From an uncultured Mycoplasmatota bacterium (GTDB lineage Bacteria; Bacillota_I; Bacilli_A; RF39; UBA660), in the NCBI GenBank assembly GCA_947365915.1, contig CANAXT010000002.1, positions 2,031-66,030 of the forward strand: a stretch of 64,000 nucleotides of DNA. The letters are read 5' to 3'. Every line of letters begins with the position of its first letter. Position 1 is the first letter of the stretch. Below, in pieces: positions 63,028-64,000 of the stretch. The notes under the pieces were generated by a model, which worked only from the letters and a program-made list of their open reading frames with translations, was not told the origin of the DNA and made no database searches. The position numbers were made by a program, and so were the translations under genes.

Positions 63028-64000
63028 CTATGATTTTATTTTACCCTTTACTTCATTTTTTAAACGATACAAGATATTTAATGCCTCTAATGGTGTTATT
63101 TCCATTGGATCAATTTTTTCTATTTCTTCTTCTATTTTAGACTTTTCTTTTATTTCAACCAATTCATCTAATGGAAGTGCTTCTTGAATTTTAACATCTC
63201 TCTTTTTTTCTTTATTTTCATAAACAGTTAATATTTGATTTGCCCTTCGAATCAAACTTTCAGGAAGGTTCGCCAATTTTGCAACATGAATTCCATAACT
63301 TTTGTCCACACTTCCCATTTTGATTTTATGAAGAAATGTAATCGTTCCTTCTGATTCTAAAGCACTCACATGAATATTTTTTAAATGTTTTAAGTTTTGT
63401 TCTAAATCTGTTAATTCATGATAATGAGTTGAAAACAATGTTTTTGCATGAATATGATCATGAATATATTCAATAATCGCTTGTGCCAAACTCATTCCAT
63501 CAAAAGTAGCTGTTCCCCTTCCAAGTTCATCAAACAAAATCAAACTATTTTCTGTTGCATTACTAATTGCATGATTGGCTTCCATCATTTCAACCATAAA
63601 AGTTGATTCCCCACTTACCAAATCATCACTTGCTCCAATTCGTGTAAAAATATGATCAAAGATTGGCAAAGTTGCTTTAGATGCGGGAACAAAACAACCA
63701 ATTTGAGCCATAATAACAGTAATTGCAAGTTGTCTCATATAAGTTGATTTTCCTGCCATATTAGGGCCAGTAATTAATAAAACATCAGTATCTTGATCCA
63801 TCAAAATATCATTAGGAACATATTCCGAATCAATTACTTTTTCAACCACTGGATGCCTGTCATCATAAATTTCTAACTTACGTTCATCTGTAATGATTGG
63901 TCTAACATAATTGTTTTCCTCAGAAATCGTAGTAAACGATTGTAACACATCAATTTCACTAATTGTTTTAGAAATTGCTTGTAACCTTGGAATATATTGT
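63028..64000 (-). CDS. mutS: DNA mismatch repair protein MutS (3' part; gene continues beyond the window end)
   Basis: C-terminal ABC ATPase domain [13 protein letters not shown] ... DELGRGT ... STHYHEL, closely matching MutS. The ORF runs off the window. Confidence 0.8.
   Translation of the reverse strand, partial: QYIPRLQAISKTISEIDVLQSFTTISEENNYVRPIITDERKLEIYDDRHPVVEKVIDSEYVPNDILMDQDTDVLLITGPNMAGKSTYMRQLAITVIMAQIGCFVPASKATLPIFDHIFTRIGASDDLVSGESTFMVEMMEANHAISNATENSLILFDELGRGTATFDGMSLAQAIIEYIHDHIHAKTLFSTHYHELTDLEQNLKHLKNIHVSALESEGTITFLHKIKMGSVDKSYGIHVAKLANLPESLIRRANQILTVYENKEKKRDVKIQEALPLDELVEIKEKSKIEEEIEKIDPMEITPLEALNILYRLKNEVKGKIKS

Overview
The window is a strongly AT-rich, densely coded chromosomal segment from a low-GC, probably endospore-forming Firmicute. 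The sporulation genes spoIVB and spoIIM and a SpoVB-like flippase, together with Bacillus-like synteny (comN-secDF, relA-dtd, nusB-xseA-xseB-spoIVB), support this. Most of the window is housekeeping: tgt, secDF, relA, dtd, rnhC, trxA, gmk, uppP, a two-component system, corA, holA, rarA, a Xer recombinase, mnmA, mscL, xseAB, nusB and the mutS 3' end. Three things stand out against this background. (1) A roughly 9.7 kb filamentous-phage (inovirus-like) prophage at about 44.0-53.8 kb. It encodes an HUH rolling-circle Rep, a Zot/pI-like P-loop assembly ATPase, small coat-like membrane proteins and a large pIII-like protein, with no capsid or terminase genes. It is flanked by a complete dif-like site on the left and a hybrid half-dif on the right, so it looks like a XerCD-exploiting integrated element (IMEX). 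A Xer recombinase gene lies 4 kb upstream. The prophage carries a CI/Cro-like switch with three GTCTTA-N3-TAAGAC operators. (2) A roughly 390 bp module is present twice, once inside the prophage right end and once just outside attR. Each copy holds a convergent small Cys-containing peptide gene (31 aa) and an oppositely transcribed terminator-ended small RNA. This is type I TA-like or pheromone-like, and the outside copy sits next to a 260 aa HTH regulator. (3) A scattered family of four prepilin-type (class III signal peptide) genes. Two are giant modular pilins (1034 and 474 aa) with DUF5011-type Ig-like repeats. There is also a decayed fragment of the giant pilin 3' end, and no pilus assembly genes are in the window. 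Smaller observations include tandem metallophosphoesterase paralogues, a homopolymer-frameshifted DUF4143 ATPase pseudogene, and a Qng1/DUF2419 queuosine-salvage gene in the same neighbourhood as tgt. No rRNA, tRNA or CRISPR arrays were recognised.
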